Assembly (NCBI GenBank): GCA_964016885.1
Contig: OZ024743.1
Location: 65,472,001-65,536,000 of the forward strand
DNA: 64,000 nt
Origin: Eledone cirrhosa
Taxonomy: Eukaryota
Reading direction: 5' to 3'
The translations under genes and the position numbers were made by a program. Shown here one piece after another: positions 62,290 to 64,000 of the stretch (its first letter is position 1; every line of letters starts with the position of its first letter). Below the pieces are notes generated by a model. The model made no database searches, was not told where the DNA came from, and saw only the letters and a program-made list of their open reading frames with translations.

Positions 62290-62547
62290 ACTGTGTGAAA
62301 CAAAATGGCGTAGGACAGAACAAAGGAGAGGCACAGAAACAAAGAAAAGAATCCCCAGTCACTGAAGAGGTCACAGAGTGTGTGACGAAAGAACTATGAC
62401 TATATATAAACAACTATCTGGTTGTGGAACCAACCAACCAACCAACCAGAAATTTATAAATTTATAAATTTATAAATATATAATAAATTGAAGTGAAAGC
62501 AACTGGTGCGTGTGTTTCTTATTGGCAACATGACCCTCCCAAAGTAT

Positions 62548-62553
<6 letters not shown>
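62290..62553 (+). mobile_element. Neptune-like PLE pLTR fragment with hammerhead-like motif at 62357-62401
   Basis: Matches 8222-8475. agtca CTGAAGA g gtcaca/tgtgac GAAA gaac TA tgact. Confidence 0.85.
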
Positions 62554-62578
<25 letters not shown>

Positions 62579-62580
<2 letters not shown>

Positions 62581-62753
62581 ACAAAGGAAGTGTGGTAAGA
62601 TTCCAGGTCGACCATATCGCACCAAAGTACTCGATACTTAGGGTAGTAGAGTGGGTAATAGGAAAAGAGTCAGGGCCCCGACGGCTGAGCTCCGGTCGTT
62701 TCCACAGTTTGTCGAAACGGCGGGAGCTCAGCCGTCGGGGTCCCGAATCTTTT

Positions 62754-62757
<4 letters not shown>
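62579..62757. repeat. Fold-back family copy 6 (divergent)
   Basis: aaggaagtgtggtaag...ccccgacggctgagctcc...gagctcagccgtcgggg in (TA)n. Confidence 0.8.
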
Positions 62758-62823
<66 letters not shown>

Positions 62824-62827
<4 letters not shown>

Positions 62828-63595
62828 TCTTAGTCTTAGATTCTTCCGCGCCGTTCGGCGCATCGAACAGGAACTACTCGCCAACGGTCACGATCAGCGG
62901 CAACTTTTTCGAGACCGTGCCAGATGATGTTGGCTGCAACCAGGTCCTTCCGGAACGTTAGTCGCCAGGTGATCCTTGGGCAACCCCGCCTCCGTTTACC
63001 GCCAGGTGGAGTCCAGCTCAACGCTGTTTTCGAATGCCGTTCATTTGGCAGACGCAGAATATGGCCAGCCAGACGGCATCGACGCTCCGTGACCACTCTC
63101 TGTAGCGTCCACGACTCGGTTCTCCTCGTTTCGCACTCGGTTGCGCCAATACACACGAAGGACCTTTCGCAGGCCCCGCTGGAGGAAAGCGTTCAGCCGT
63201 CTCTCTATTTTTGCCGTACTCTTCCAGGTCTCGCTCGCATAAAGAACTGTCGGCAGCATGATGCTCTTGTACAGGCGGAGCTTGGTCTTGGTGCCAATGC
63301 AGGAAGACGACCAGTCTGGGCACAGCCGCTGGAAAACTGCGGCTCCTTTGCCGATCCGACAGTTGATGTCGAGCTCCGCGTCGCCGCTGCTTGTCAGGAT
63401 GCTGCCCAGATAGGTGAAGTGATCGACTTCCTCGAGTTCCTGTTGGTTGACTCTGATCACTGGACCTCTGTTGCTGGCCGTTCTCATGACCTTGGTCTTT
63501 TTGGTGTTGATTCTCAGGCCGATCTTTTCCGCACTCTCTTGTAGGGATGTTGTTAACAACATCTCTGTAGGCACATATAACAAGGTGCACCCTTT
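62824..63595 (-). mobile_element. RTE-clade LINE 3' fragment with (TAAGAC)n tail
   Basis: IGLRINTKKTKVM, FTYLGS, RIGKGAAVFQRL, TKLRLY....P.VLYASETW, LAGHILR, GKRRRGCPR.TW. Confidence 0.9.
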
Positions 63596-63649
63596 CATGT
63601 ATTGCCCACTGTGTATTTTTATGTGCCGTTATATGTATATTTTTTTATA

Positions 63650-63708
<59 letters not shown>

Positions 63709-63712
<4 letters not shown>

Positions 63713-64000
63713 ATGTCATTCTCAATGCCCGTAAGTCGCTGATTAATTTCGACGACTCTATTTGGATTTAACAAATCTAATAGTACCCCATTCGACGTGA
63801 TTATGGGCGCCAGCGATTCTGCGGAGGTTACTGATCTTATCGGCCTTTTCCTTCTTTTCTCTATCAAGGAAGAATTCCCCAATGTGGGCGGTGGTTTGTA
63901 CCGTGATGATGGTCTTTTGACCATGACAAAGTGCGGCCCACGTGCTTGCGACAGGTTCAGAAAAGAGCGTACAGCCTTCTTTAAAGGCTTCAACCTCTCC
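63709..64000 (+). mobile_element. Naiad-like PLE reverse transcriptase fragment, runs off the window
   Basis: IDVILNARKSL...PFDVIMGASDSAEVTDLIGLFLL...GGLYRDDGL. Confidence 0.85.

Overview
AT-rich eukaryotic DNA that is almost entirely repeat. The tRNA-derived SINEs, the (TA)/(TATG)/(CA) microsatellite load and the TE mix suggest an octopod cephalopod, but that is inference. I found no host protein-coding gene with confidence; most short ORFs in the track come from microsatellites. Contents: five Tx1/L1-clade LINE copies (one nearly intact ORF2, one full-length but decayed); Penelope-like elements (PLEs) of two clades, with inverted pseudo-LTRs; a CR1/L2-group LINE; RLE-type (R4/Dong-like) LINE fragments; RTE fragments, one ending in three C2H2 fingers; two short RTE-derived non-autonomous families; two copies of a Buster-type hAT element carrying a 40-bp minisatellite; and about 25 SINE copies. 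Three signals are not explained by the ORF track. (1) Many hammerhead-ribozyme motifs from several unrelated sequence families, some canonical, mostly inside long inverted repeats. (2) A six-copy fold-back family that duplicates only the 3' half of a hammerhead, with the fold axis always in stem II. (3) Apparent partitioning of microsatellite motifs among retroelement families. All RNA structures were folded by eye; coordinates of degenerate repeats are approximate.
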